A stretch of DNA of 50,237 nucleotides from a virus (lineage: Duplodnaviria; Caudoviricetes): the IMG/VR virus record IMGVR_UViG_3300022181_000143, positions 1-50,237 of that record. One strand, written 5' to 3'. A program made the translations under genes and the position numbers. Positions 17,285-26,259 of this stretch are shown here, piece by piece (position 1 is the first letter of the stretch; each line of letters begins with the position of its first letter). The notes under the pieces are model-generated. The model ran no database searches and was not told the DNA's origin. It saw only the letters and a program-made list of their open reading frames with translations.

Positions 17285-19628
17285 TTTAGCCATCGCCTAC
17301 GGAAACAGTCGACAGGCCAAGAAGTGGGTCAACAAGATCATCACCTTTGCAGAGCTGAAGGAAAGGTTGAAAGTCACGATCCGCACGACGGAATCCGCAG
17401 AAGAGTATGCCAAGTTTAACAAGGCCCAAAAAGATAATGCGAAAGACCACGGTGGTTTCGTTGCCGGAGCACTTAAGGGTGGTCGTAGGAAAGTCGATAC
17501 AGTAGAGTATCGTTCCATGGTGGCTTTGGATGGAGACCGAATCGACACAGCGTTTCTTGAAAACTTTGAAACCGTTATCCCTTTTACCTCAATCCTATAC
17601 TCGACCCATAGTCATACAAAAGACAGCCCCAGAGTCCGGTTGGTTTTCCCCCTTACAAGAGATGTAACACCGGAAGAGTTTGTGGCTGTGTCAAGATACT
17701 TAGCTCAAATGCTCGGTATCGATTACTTTGATGAATGCTCCTATCAGCCAAATCAGCTGATGTATTGGCCTTCCACTTCGTCCAACGGCATCTTTGTTTA
17801 TCGGGAAGTGGAGAAGATGTGGCTTAACCCCGATGAGATTTTAAGTGCTCACCCAGAATGGACAGACCCTACCAGGCTACCGACTTCGTCTCGGGAGAGT
17901 AAAGCCAATACCATCACCGACAAGAAAGTCCAAGATCCTCTGGCGAAGGATGGGGTTGTCGGACTTTTCAATCGGGCTTTTTACCCCATAACCATAGCCA
18001 TCGAAACCTTCTTGCCAGAAATATACAATCCAACAGAAAACGAAAACAGATACCACTTCATCGGATCGAGCAGTATGGCGGGTGTTGAGATCAAAGAAGA
18101 GGGAAAGTTCGCTTACAGCCACCATGCCAAAGACCCTGCTTATCTGAAACTCTGCAATGCCTTTGACCTCGTCCGCATCCATAAGTTTGGTGATGACGAC
18201 AATAAAAAGTCCTTTAAAGAGATGTGCGAGTTTGCGATGCAACTCGATGAAGTCAAAGTCCTAGCTGTTAATGAACGTTTAGCAGAAGCAGCGGTGGACT
18301 TTCCCACAGGTGAGGATGACTGGAAGACCTTGCTTAAGTATCAGCCAAGAACCAGTCTCTTAGAAAACAGTGTTTATAACTTAAATCTCATCCTGAACAA
18401 CGACCCAGATTTTGCGAATTTCGCTTATAACCAGCTAGCAAACCGCATCCAAGTCACAGGAGCACTCCCCTGGGAACGACCGGAAGGAAACATTTTCTGG
18501 AGAGATGCCGATACAGCACAGTTGAAGTCGGTTATCGATATTCGCTATCTTCCTTTCTCCAGTAGAAACCATGATGTGGCTTTTACCAAAATAGCAGATG
18601 ACCGACACTTTCACCCTATCAGAGATTACCTGGACTCCCTTCCAGCGTGGGATGGGGTGAAGCGAGTTGAGGATGTCTTTATTAAGTATATGCAAGCTGA
18701 GGATACGGAATACACCCGCACTATAACCCGAAAAGTCTTTGCAGCGGCTGTGGCTCGTATCTATGTCCCGGGTATCAAATTCGACTGTGTTCCCGTCATT
18801 GACGGAGAGCAAGGCATTGGCAAAAGCACGATTGTGAAAGACCTTGTCACACCAGAATTCTATTCGGAATCTCTAACCCTAACCGATATGGATGATAAGA
18901 CTGGAGCTGAGAAACTACAGGGGTTCTGGGTGGTGGAAATCGGCGAGCTTGCTGGCATGAAAAAAGCCGATATCGAGAAGATCAAAGCCTTCCTCTCGAC
19001 CTCAGACGATAAATATCGACCTTCCTATGGCAGAGTGGTAGAAAGCCATCCAAGGCAGTGCATCATCATTGCAACCGTGAATGGGGAGCGTGGATATTTA
19101 CGTGACATCACCGGCAACCGCCGCTTCTGGATTATTAAGGTGCATCAGAAAGAGCAGAAAAAGACCTGGGAGTTCACGGAGGAATTCAGATGCCAGTTCT
19201 GGGCCGAGTCAAAAGCTATATGGTTAGGCGGTGAAAAACTCTATCTCGAGGGTAAAGTGCTTCGCGAGGCAGAGAGAGCACAAAAGGGTGCGCTGGAGAT
19301 CGATGAGCGAGTAGGCATGGTGGAAGAATACCTGAGTTCAAAGCTGCCACTGGATTGGGATAGCATGGATCTATTTACTCGACGAAACTACTTAAGCGGT
19401 AGCGAGTTTGGCGAGGTCAAACATGTGGGAAGTGCTACACGAACTTCTGTAAGCAATGCGGAAATTTGGTGCGAATGCTTCCAACGCAATCTCTCTGAGC
19501 TAAAGGCTACGGATAGTTATCAGATTGCTGTCATTATGGCTCAGATTCCGGGTTGGGAACGTACCAATCTGATTAAGCGTTTGCCGCTCTACGGTAGACA
19601 GCGCATCTATCGTTATAGCCAGGAGTGA
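17277..19628 (+). CDS. Primase-helicase with virulence-associated protein E (VapE) domain
   Basis: N-terminal ALDGD and YSTHSH; Walker A GEQGIGKST, EIGEL, RPSYGR, TGNRRFW; start at ATG 17277 after GAGGAG. Confidence 0.9.
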   Translation: MRDLAIAYGNSRQAKKWVNKIITFAELKERLKVTIRTTESAEEYAKFNKAQKDNAKDHGGFVAGALKGGRRKVDTVEYRSMVALDGDRIDTAFLENFETVIPFTSILYSTHSHTKDSPRVRLVFPLTRDVTPEEFVAVSRYLAQMLGIDYFDECSYQPNQLMYWPSTSSNGIFVYREVEKMWLNPDEILSAHPEWTDPTRLPTSSRESKANTITDKKVQDPLAKDGVVGLFNRAFYPITIAIETFLPEIYNPTENENRYHFIGSSSMAGVEIKEEGKFAYSHHAKDPAYLKLCNAFDLVRIHKFGDDDNKKSFKEMCEFAMQLDEVKVLAVNERLAEAAVDFPTGEDDWKTLLKYQPRTSLLENSVYNLNLILNNDPDFANFAYNQLANRIQVTGALPWERPEGNIFWRDADTAQLKSVIDIRYLPFSSRNHDVAFTKIADDRHFHPIRDYLDSLPAWDGVKRVEDVFIKYMQAEDTEYTRTITRKVFAAAVARIYVPGIKFDCVPVIDGEQGIGKSTIVKDLVTPEFYSESLTLTDMDDKTGAEKLQGFWVVEIGELAGMKKADIEKIKAFLSTSDDKYRPSYGRVVESHPRQCIIIATVNGERGYLRDITGNRRFWIIKVHQKEQKKTWEFTEEFRCQFWAESKAIWLGGEKLYLEGKVLREAERAQKGALEIDERVGMVEEYLSSKLPLDWDSMDLFTRRNYLSGSEFGEVKHVGSATRTSVSNAEIWCECFQRNLSELKATDSYQIAVIMAQIPGWERTNLIKRLPLYGRQRIYRYSQE

Positions 19629-19755
19629 ACACAACACAACACAAGATTTTCCCTTATATTTGAAATGCTATTTTTAGATATAGACAGTGAATGCCTGTGT
19701 GCATACACGCGCGTAGGTAATATAGGGAAAATCTTGTGATCTTGTGTTCTTGTGT
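19629..19755. repeat. Long-spaced inverted repeat with short iterons (putative replication origin)
   Basis: CACAAGATTTTCCCT(T)ATATT 19640-19660 vs AATATAGGGAAAATCTTGTG 19719-19738; ACACA-type repeats on the left, TCTTGTG x3 on the right. Confidence 0.7.
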
Positions 19756-19773
19756 CAGATGGGAGGTAGAAAA

Positions 19774-20061
19774 TTGAACGAAAAATATATCGAGCAGACC
19801 TTGGTAAAAGCAGTAAAAGAGGTGGGAGGAATCGCACCAAAGATGGTTAGTCCCGGGTTAAGTGGTATGCCTGACCGCTTAGTCTTATTGCCACATGGCA
19901 AGCTGGCTTTTGTGGAGTTGAAAGCCCCGGGTAAGAAAATGCGACCGCTGCAAGTATACCGAAAAAGGCAGTTGGAGAGACTTGGGTTTTCAGTTTACTG
20001 TATCGACCAAGTGGAGCATATCGAAATTGTCTTACAAACGATGGGAGGTGATGCCAAATGA
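19774..20061 (+). CDS. VRR-NUC domain nuclease
   Basis: EKYIEQ, GMPDRLVL, FVELKAPG, RPLQ; TTG start after GGGAGGT. Confidence 0.9.
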   Translation: MNEKYIEQTLVKAVKEVGGIAPKMVSPGLSGMPDRLVLLPHGKLAFVELKAPGKKMRPLQVYRKRQLERLGFSVYCIDQVEHIEIVLQTMGGDAK

Positions 20062-21424
20062 AGTTCATACCACACGAGTATCAAAGCTATACGATCGATT
20101 ACATCGTGCAACACCCAATTGCTGCGGTGCTTCTGGATATGGGACTTGGTTGAGCAAAACGGTGATTACACTAACTGCGTTGCAAGAACTCTTGTTCGAT
20201 TGCTTCGAGGTGCATAAGATTTTAGTCATAGCTCCACTTCGGGTAGCACAAACGACCTGGCCTGCGGAGATCGAGAAGTGGGATCATCTCAAAAACCTGA
20301 AGTTCTCTGTAGCGATTGGCACAGAAGAAGAGAGAAGGAAAGCCCTTATGTCCAAAGCGGATATTTACCTGATCAATCGTGAAAATGTAGACTGGCTTGT
20401 CAACAGAAGCAAGATTTCCTTTGACTATGACTGTGTGGTTGTAGATGAGTTATCTTCCTTCAAGTCGGGAAGTGCAAAACGCTTTCAGAGTCTGATGAAA
20501 GTGAGACCCAGAGTAAAACGAATCATCGGATTAACTGGAACCCCATCGAGTAATGGTTTGATGGACTTGTGGGCCGAGTTTCGATTGTTGGATTTGGGTC
20601 AAAGACTTGGAAGGTATATCACTCAATATCGCACTCGATTCTTCACACCGGATAAACGCAATCAGCAAGTGGTTTTCTCCTACAAACCCTTACCAGGTGC
20701 AGAGGAGAATATCTATCGGCTGATCTCGGATATCACCATCTCCATGAAGTCAACGGATTATTTGAAGATGCCGAGTTGCGTAGTGAATGAAGTGCCGGTT
20801 TACCTGAGTACAAGTGAAAGAAGCAGCTACGATACCCTTCGTGAAGATATGATCCTGCAATGGCAGGAGGAAGAGATCGATGCTGTGAATGCTGCGGTTC
20901 TTGCGAATAAGCTTCTGCAAATGGCCAATGGTGCAGTCTACGATGCAGGGAAGCAAGCTCACTATATTCATGAGCGTAAGCTGGATGCCTTAGAAGACCT
21001 CATTGAAGGAGCGAATGGCAAACCGGTATTGATTGTCTATTGGTTTCATCACGACTTAGAACGAATCGCTAAGAGGTTTTCGGTTCGACAAATCAAGACA
21101 GCAAGCGATATCGCAGACTGGAATGAAGGCGGGATTCCTGTAGCTGCTATTCATCCTGCTTCAGCCGGACATGGGCTGAACTTACAAAACGGGGGTTCGA
21201 CCTTGATCTGGTTTGGCCTGACATGGTCCTTGGAGTTGTATCAGCAAACCAATGCCCGATTATGGAGACAAGGACAGAAGCATACAGTGGTGATTCATCA
21301 CATCGTTTGCAAAGGAACCATCGATGAGCAAGTCATGAAAGCGTTGCAGAAAAAAGAGAAGACTCAAGCAGACCTCATAGAGGCGGTCAAAGCCAATCTG
21401 TTTGCAAGGAGGAGAACGGCATGA
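20058..21424 (+). pseudogene. SNF2-family helicase interrupted by a 5-nt insertion in Walker A (31-aa ORF 20058-20153 plus 424-aa ORF 20150-21424)
   Basis: MKFIPHEYQ...LDMGLG-TGA, then KTVITL in another frame; DELS, LTGTP, GHGLNLQ and QTNARLWRQGQ intact. Confidence 0.8.
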
Positions 21425-21639
21425 GTAACTATGAAGAACTCGCCAATGCCATCGTAATTCAAGCCGTAGTGGATTACCGCATAGCCACTAAGAGGTTAGA
21501 AAAACATCCTCTTGATAAAATTCAGAAACACACACAACGAGAAGTGCTAAGATTCTTTCGATCCGATTGGTTTGGCATATTGACGACCTTGGACTCGGAA
21601 GTTATAATCGAAAAGCTTGCAAAGGAGGTGGCTGAATGA
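21421..21639 (+). CDS. Phage hypothetical protein
   Basis: YEELANAIVIQAVVDYR...FFRSDWF; ATGA overlaps at both ends. Confidence 0.8.
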   Translation: MSNYEELANAIVIQAVVDYRIATKRLEKHPLDKIQKHTQREVLRFFRSDWFGILTTLDSEVIIEKLAKEVAE

Positions 21640-22040
21640 CAGCTAAGGAGTATCTCGGCCAAGCCTATAGACTAGACCAACGAATCAACAGTAAGTTAGA
21701 GCAGGTTTCTTCCTTGAACGAACTGGCAAAAAAAGTGACCACTACTCTAACTGGTATGCCAAGAAACCCTAATCAGGCAACCTCCATGATGGCAGATGCT
21801 ATTGCTAAGATCATTGATCTACAAGCTGAGATCAACGGAGATATCGATCGCTTAGTCGATTTGAAGCGAGAGATGGTTAAGGTGATTAAAGCAGTAAACA
21901 ATCCAGAGTATCAGACCCTACTAGAACTTCGATACTTGTGCTTCTACACGTGGGAGCAAATCGCTGTGGACATGGGTTACAACGTCCGCCATGTCTACCG
22001 AATTCATGACGAAGCAGTGGAATGTGTCGTGCTTCCGTAA
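21636..22040 (+). CDS. DUF1492/ArpU/RinA-like late transcription activator
   Basis: MTAKEYL; C-terminal LLELRY...WEQIAVDMGYNVRHVYRIH HTH; last gene before the packaging module. Confidence 0.8.
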   Translation: MTAKEYLGQAYRLDQRINSKLEQVSSLNELAKKVTTTLTGMPRNPNQATSMMADAIAKIIDLQAEINGDIDRLVDLKREMVKVIKAVNNPEYQTLLELRYLCFYTWEQIAVDMGYNVRHVYRIHDEAVECVVLP

Positions 22041-22042
22041 AC

Positions 22043-22090
22043 ATGTCACTAAATGTCACTTGTTGTCATGGTGCCGGTTATGATACTATA
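22043..22090 (+). promoter_or_regulatory. Putative late promoter with three TGTCA direct repeats
   Basis: TGTCA at 22044, 22054 and 22064 (10-bp period), then -10-like TATGAT/TGATACTAT. Confidence 0.65.
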
Positions 22091-22110
22091 AGATTAGGTA
22101 AATAGGATAA

Positions 22111-22146
22111 AACGACCGCCGAGGATAAAACCCTCTGGCGGTCGTT
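22111..22146 (+). other. GC-rich stem-loop in the late leader
   Basis: AACGACCGCC-GAGG...CCTC-T-GGCGGTCGTT. Confidence 0.6.
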
Positions 22147-22173
22147 GTTATTTGTAATGTGTGAGGTGACCTA

Positions 22174-22533
22174 ATGCCATACAAACCGAAGCGTCCTTGT
22201 GCTTACCTTGGTTGTAGTCGATTGGCTGAGAGTGGACAATACTGTGCAGAACATCAGAAGAAAAGAAATAAGCAATACAACAAGTTTGAGCGAGACCCTA
22301 AATCCAACAAAAGATATGGTCGTGCCTGGAAACGGATTCGTGACAGATATATAAAGGCTCACCCTTTATGTGAGGAGTGTAAGCGAAATGGAATCTTAAC
22401 TCCCGCTGAAGAGGTTCATCACATTACACCTCTATCCAAAGGTGGTGGCAACGAGAGAAGCAACCTCATGTCTTTATGCAAATCTTGTCATTCTCGGATC
22501 ACTGTTGAGAGTGGAGACCGGTGGATTCAGTGA
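22174..22533 (+). CDS. Terminase-associated HNH endonuclease
   Basis: CEEC...EVHHITPLSKGG...NLMSLCKSCH; upstream of terS. Confidence 0.92.
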   Translation: MPYKPKRPCAYLGCSRLAESGQYCAEHQKKRNKQYNKFERDPKSNKRYGRAWKRIRDRYIKAHPLCEECKRNGILTPAEEVHHITPLSKGGGNERSNLMSLCKSCHSRITVESGDRWIQ

Positions 22534-23075
22534 GATTTAATTGAGTCATAGCCTGAATTTACTATTTTCAGTGCAGAGAAAAGTGTAGACGATTTTAGTA
22601 CAATTCGAGCACGCAATTTGTCTTGGGGGTTTCGACTTTCCAGAAAGTAGAAGTAGTCACTAGAACTCCTATTTTTGCGAACCATGAAGCTTCCATGTGC
22701 AAATGAGTTTCTGATGTATCTAAAAAGAGAAGTCATTTCTCCTTCACCGGTCTTTATAAAAACACTGACTTCCTCAAAAGAATATGACTGGAATTGCTTA
22801 TAAAACTTTAAGTTCTCAATAAATTCACTCTCTCCCACACATACAAAAGGTATTGGAACAAGTGAGGGGTTTAGAATAGTTTTTTTTAGTGCCTTAAATT
22901 GATATCCTCCTTCCCATCCTAGCTCTTTAAAAGTTTTCGATCCAAAGGCTGTGTTTTCAGCTGGACATTTCCAAAGATAGAAGTTTAGTATTTCACCGTA
23001 GTGCGGATCTTTGATTTCGTGTTTAGGATTGAAAGTGCACCACGTCATATTTTTTATGTTAGATATGACTACCAC
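22527..23075 (-). CDS. Reverse-strand moron, putative HEPN-family RNase (start uncertain: 23075, 23066 or 23048)
   Basis: FRYIRNSFAHG contains Rx4H; AT-rich; own extended -10 (TGTTATAAT, minus strand, 23101-23109) and SD AAAGGAG. Confidence 0.6.
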   Translation of the reverse strand: MVVISNIKNMTWCTFNPKHEIKDPHYGEILNFYLWKCPAENTAFGSKTFKELGWEGGYQFKALKKTILNPSLVPIPFVCVGESEFIENLKFYKQFQSYSFEEVSVFIKTGEGEMTSLFRYIRNSFAHGSFMVRKNRSSSDYFYFLESRNPQDKLRARIVLKSSTLFSALKIVNSGYDSIKSH

Positions 23076-23122
23076 TCCTTTCTTTTTCTACTTGCAGTAA
23101 ATTATAACAGATTTTCATGAAT

Positions 23123-23205
23123 GGGGGTAGTCCAATCTCTAAAATGAACTTTTTCGGACAACGGTGTGGGCCTTCACGCTAAAAAACGCAGAATCAAAGA
23201 GGGGA
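23123..23205. other. Probable cos/packaging-initiation region
   Basis: Non-coding, directly upstream of terS and downstream of HNH; G run, then AATCTCT, then GC-rich core CGGTGTGGGCC; exact cut site cannot be determined. Confidence 0.5.
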
Positions 23206-23235
23206 ATTGCCCTCGAGTGAAAGTGAGGTGATGCT

Positions 23236-23787
23236 ATGGCAAAGGATGGAACCATTCGTGGTGGTGCTCGAGTGGGAGCAGGAGCAAAAAAGAGGCCTTT
23301 AGCGGATAAGATCATGGAGGGAAACCCCGGTGGGAGGAAACTAACTGTCATCGAGTTTAACAACACGGCAGACTTAAAAGGTCTCTCCATGCCAGAACCC
23401 AACAAAATGTTGGAAGCCATTCAGAAAGATGGTAAAGCACTTATTGCCGGAGAAATCTTCAAAAACACCTGGCAGTGGCTTAACGAACGCAATTGTGCAG
23501 CGCTTGTTTCTCCTCAACTGCTAGAACGCTATGCGATGAGCGTTGCTCGTTGGATTCAATGTGAAGAGGCCGTTACCGAGTATGGTTTCTTAGCGAAACA
23601 TCCAACAACCGGTAATGCAATACAAAGTCCGTATGTGGCCATGGGTCAAAACTATATGAGCCAGACCAACCGTCTCTGGATGGAGATCTTTCAAATTGTC
23701 AAAGAAAACTCTGTTGGAGAGTATAGTGGAACAAATCCACAAGACGATGTCATGGAGCGTTTGCTCACAGCTAGGCGAGGGAAATAA
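23236..23787 (+). CDS. terS: Terminase small subunit (P27 family)
   Basis: RGGARVGAG, GNPGGRKL, AKHPTTGNAIQSPYV. Confidence 0.85.
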   Translation: MAKDGTIRGGARVGAGAKKRPLADKIMEGNPGGRKLTVIEFNNTADLKGLSMPEPNKMLEAIQKDGKALIAGEIFKNTWQWLNERNCAALVSPQLLERYAMSVARWIQCEEAVTEYGFLAKHPTTGNAIQSPYVAMGQNYMSQTNRLWMEIFQIVKENSVGEYSGTNPQDDVMERLLTARRGK

Positions 23788-23801
23788 GGAGTGATGAAAA
23801 T

Positions 23802-24965
23802 ATGCTAACTTACAAAACCGCAGAAAGCGTGTGCATGGGCCATCCGGATAAACTCTGTGATCTCATTGCAGATAGTATCTTAGATGCTTGTTTGCGAGAG
23901 GATCGTGCATCAAGAGTGGCCTGTGAAGTTCTGGCGACCAAGGGAAAGATTGTTGTAGCGGGTGAAATCACCTGTAGCGCGAAAGTCGACATCCGATACA
24001 TCACGAGAAGTGTCTTAAGAGATGTTGGATACAATCCCAGAGAATTCGATGTTCTTGTCTTTGTCCATCAGCAGAGTGCAGACATCTCCGCCGGGGTCGA
24101 TCAGGCTTTGGAAGCACGAGCTGGTCTAACTGAACCGTATAGCACCTTGGGTGCCGGGGATCAAGGGACGATGTATGGCTATGCATGCATCGAAACATTG
24201 GAGCAGCTACCTCTTCCCATTGTCTTAGCACATCGCTTAGTTAAACGAATGGACAGTTGTCGCAAGGGAAAGCTAATCAAGGGAATCAAATCGGATGGCA
24301 AAGCTCAAGTAACGGTGGAGTATGAAGATGGCAAACCAAAACGAGTCAAGACCATCGTCATTTCTGTTCAACATGATAAGGATAAAACATTGCCCGAGTT
24401 GAAAGCAGATATCCTCACCCATGTCTTATGGCAGTGCTTTGAAGATTTCCCTTTTGACGAAAACACGGAAATCCTGATAAATCCCGCAGGAAGGTTTGTC
24501 GAAGGGGGTCCTGCAGCAGATACAGGCCTCACCGGGAGAAAGATCATGGTCGATACCTATGGTGGCTTAGCTTCCCATGGAGGTGGTGCTCTCTGCGGCA
24601 AAGACCCCACGAAGGTGGACAGAAGCGGTGCTTACATGGCGCGTTATATTGCCAAGAATATTGTTGGGAGCGGTCTTGCTACAGAATGCGAGGTCGCTCT
24701 TTCTTATGCCATTGGTAAAGCCAATCCGGTCGCTGTCAATGTGACATCCTTCCAAACCAGTAAACTTACAGATGAACAGCTCAGTGGTGTTGTCAAAGAA
24801 GTATTCAATCTCCGACCGGCAGCGATGATTGAAAAGTTGAAATTAAGAACACCCTTCTATGCGGACACTTCCACCTATGGACACTTCAACTCCATCTTGT
24901 TTCCCTGGGAGCAGGTTAATATGGTCACTGAATTGAGAAAGGCAGCAAGTAACTATGCAAATTGA
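23802..24965 (+). CDS. metK: S-adenosylmethionine synthetase
   Basis: ESVCMGHPDK, GAGDQG, DGKAQV, GGPAADTGLTGRKI, GGGALCGKDPTKVDRS. Confidence 0.96.
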   Translation: MLTYKTAESVCMGHPDKLCDLIADSILDACLREDRASRVACEVLATKGKIVVAGEITCSAKVDIRYITRSVLRDVGYNPREFDVLVFVHQQSADISAGVDQALEARAGLTEPYSTLGAGDQGTMYGYACIETLEQLPLPIVLAHRLVKRMDSCRKGKLIKGIKSDGKAQVTVEYEDGKPKRVKTIVISVQHDKDKTLPELKADILTHVLWQCFEDFPFDENTEILINPAGRFVEGGPAADTGLTGRKIMVDTYGGLASHGGGALCGKDPTKVDRSGAYMARYIAKNIVGSGLATECEVALSYAIGKANPVAVNVTSFQTSKLTDEQLSGVVKEVFNLRPAAMIEKLKLRTPFYADTSTYGHFNSILFPWEQVNMVTELRKAASNYAN

Positions 24966-26193
24966 AAAACTAAAGATAGAGCATCTCCTCCCAGCGGAAT
25001 ACAACCCCAGAAAAGACTTGAAGCCAGGAGATGCAGAATATGAAAAGCTCAAGCGCTCCATTCAGGAGTTCGGTTATGTAGAACCCATTATCTGGAATAA
25101 AAACACCTCTCATATTATCGGTGGCCACCAGCGACTTAAAATCTTACTAGATTTAGGGTATACCGAAGTCGAATGTGTAGTGGTGGATATGAGTGAGGAC
25201 AAAGAAAAAGCGCTCAACATCGCACTCAACAAGATCAGTGGCGCTTGGGATCAAGAGAAACTCGCTCTCCTGATTACCGACCTTCAAGGGACCGACTTCG
25301 ATGTTTCTCTCACCGGTTTTGATCCAGCTGAACTGGATGACCTGTTTAAAGATTCACTCAAGGATGGCATTAAGGACGACGACTTCGATGTTGATTCAGA
25401 ACTAAAAAAGCCTGCCATCACCAAATTGGGAGATACATGGAGGTTGGGTCCGCACCGATTGGTGTGTGGTGATTCCACGAAGCAAGAGACCTTCACCCAA
25501 CTAATGGATGGTAAGCAAGCAAATCTGGTGGTTACCGATCCACCTTATAATGTAAACTACGAAGGCACAGCCGGGAAGATCAAAAACGACAATATGGGAA
25601 ATGAAGCCTTCTATCAGTTTCTGTTGGAGTCCTTTCAGAACATGGAAGCTGTCATGACTAAGGATGCCTCGATTTATGTATTCCACTCCGATACGGAAGG
25701 ATTGAACTTCAGAAAGGCCTTCTCGGATGCGGGCTTCTACCTTTCTGGCACCTGCATCTGGAAGAAACAATCTTTAGTGCTTGGACGTTCTCCTTACCAA
25801 TGGCAGCACGAGCCAGTGCTCTTTGGGTGGAAGAAAAGCGGTAAGCATAACTGGTATGCCGATCGCAAACAAACCACCATCTGGGAGTTTGAAAAGCCCA
25901 AAAAAAACGTAGACCACCCAACCATGAAACCCGTAGCATTAATCGCTCACCCCATCCTCAATAGCAGCTTATCCAACTGCATCGTGCTTGATCCGTTTGG
26001 TGGTAGTGGCTCGACCTTGATTGCTTGTGAGCAAACCGGACGAATCTGTTACACCATTGAGTTGGATGAGAAATACTGCGATGTCATTGTCAAGCGCTAT
26101 ATCGAGCAGGTGGGAAGCTCGGAGGGTGTGTTCCTGTACAGAGATGGTGTTGAATATTCCTTTGAGGATATCTCGAAATCGACAAATGAATAA
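24955..26193 (+). CDS. ParB-like N-terminal domain fused to a beta-class N4/N6 DNA methyltransferase
   Basis: YNPR, IIGGHQR; TDPPY, HPTMKP, LDPFGGSGST. Confidence 0.92.
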   Translation: MQIEKLKIEHLLPAEYNPRKDLKPGDAEYEKLKRSIQEFGYVEPIIWNKNTSHIIGGHQRLKILLDLGYTEVECVVVDMSEDKEKALNIALNKISGAWDQEKLALLITDLQGTDFDVSLTGFDPAELDDLFKDSLKDGIKDDDFDVDSELKKPAITKLGDTWRLGPHRLVCGDSTKQETFTQLMDGKQANLVVTDPPYNVNYEGTAGKIKNDNMGNEAFYQFLLESFQNMEAVMTKDASIYVFHSDTEGLNFRKAFSDAGFYLSGTCIWKKQSLVLGRSPYQWQHEPVLFGWKKSGKHNWYADRKQTTIWEFEKPKKNVDHPTMKPVALIAHPILNSSLSNCIVLDPFGGSGSTLIACEQTGRICYTIELDEKYCDVIVKRYIEQVGSSEGVFLYRDGVEYSFEDISKSTNE

Positions 26194-26259
26194 AAAAGGA
26201 CTTGCTATTTACAGAGTTTAGAGTGATAGATAGGACACCAAAACGAAAGGTGTGAAACC

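Noticed and set aside
17277-19628. 'Virulence-associated' labels (VapE, and the 26260-27033 protein) as virulence factors
   Set aside because: Historical family names; motifs and context indicate a primase-helicase and a phage protein of unknown function
19982-20149. N-terminus of the 480-aa helicase ORF as given by the ORF track
   Set aside because: Out-of-frame read-through; the true helicase N-terminus (MKFIPHEYQ) is in another frame from 20058
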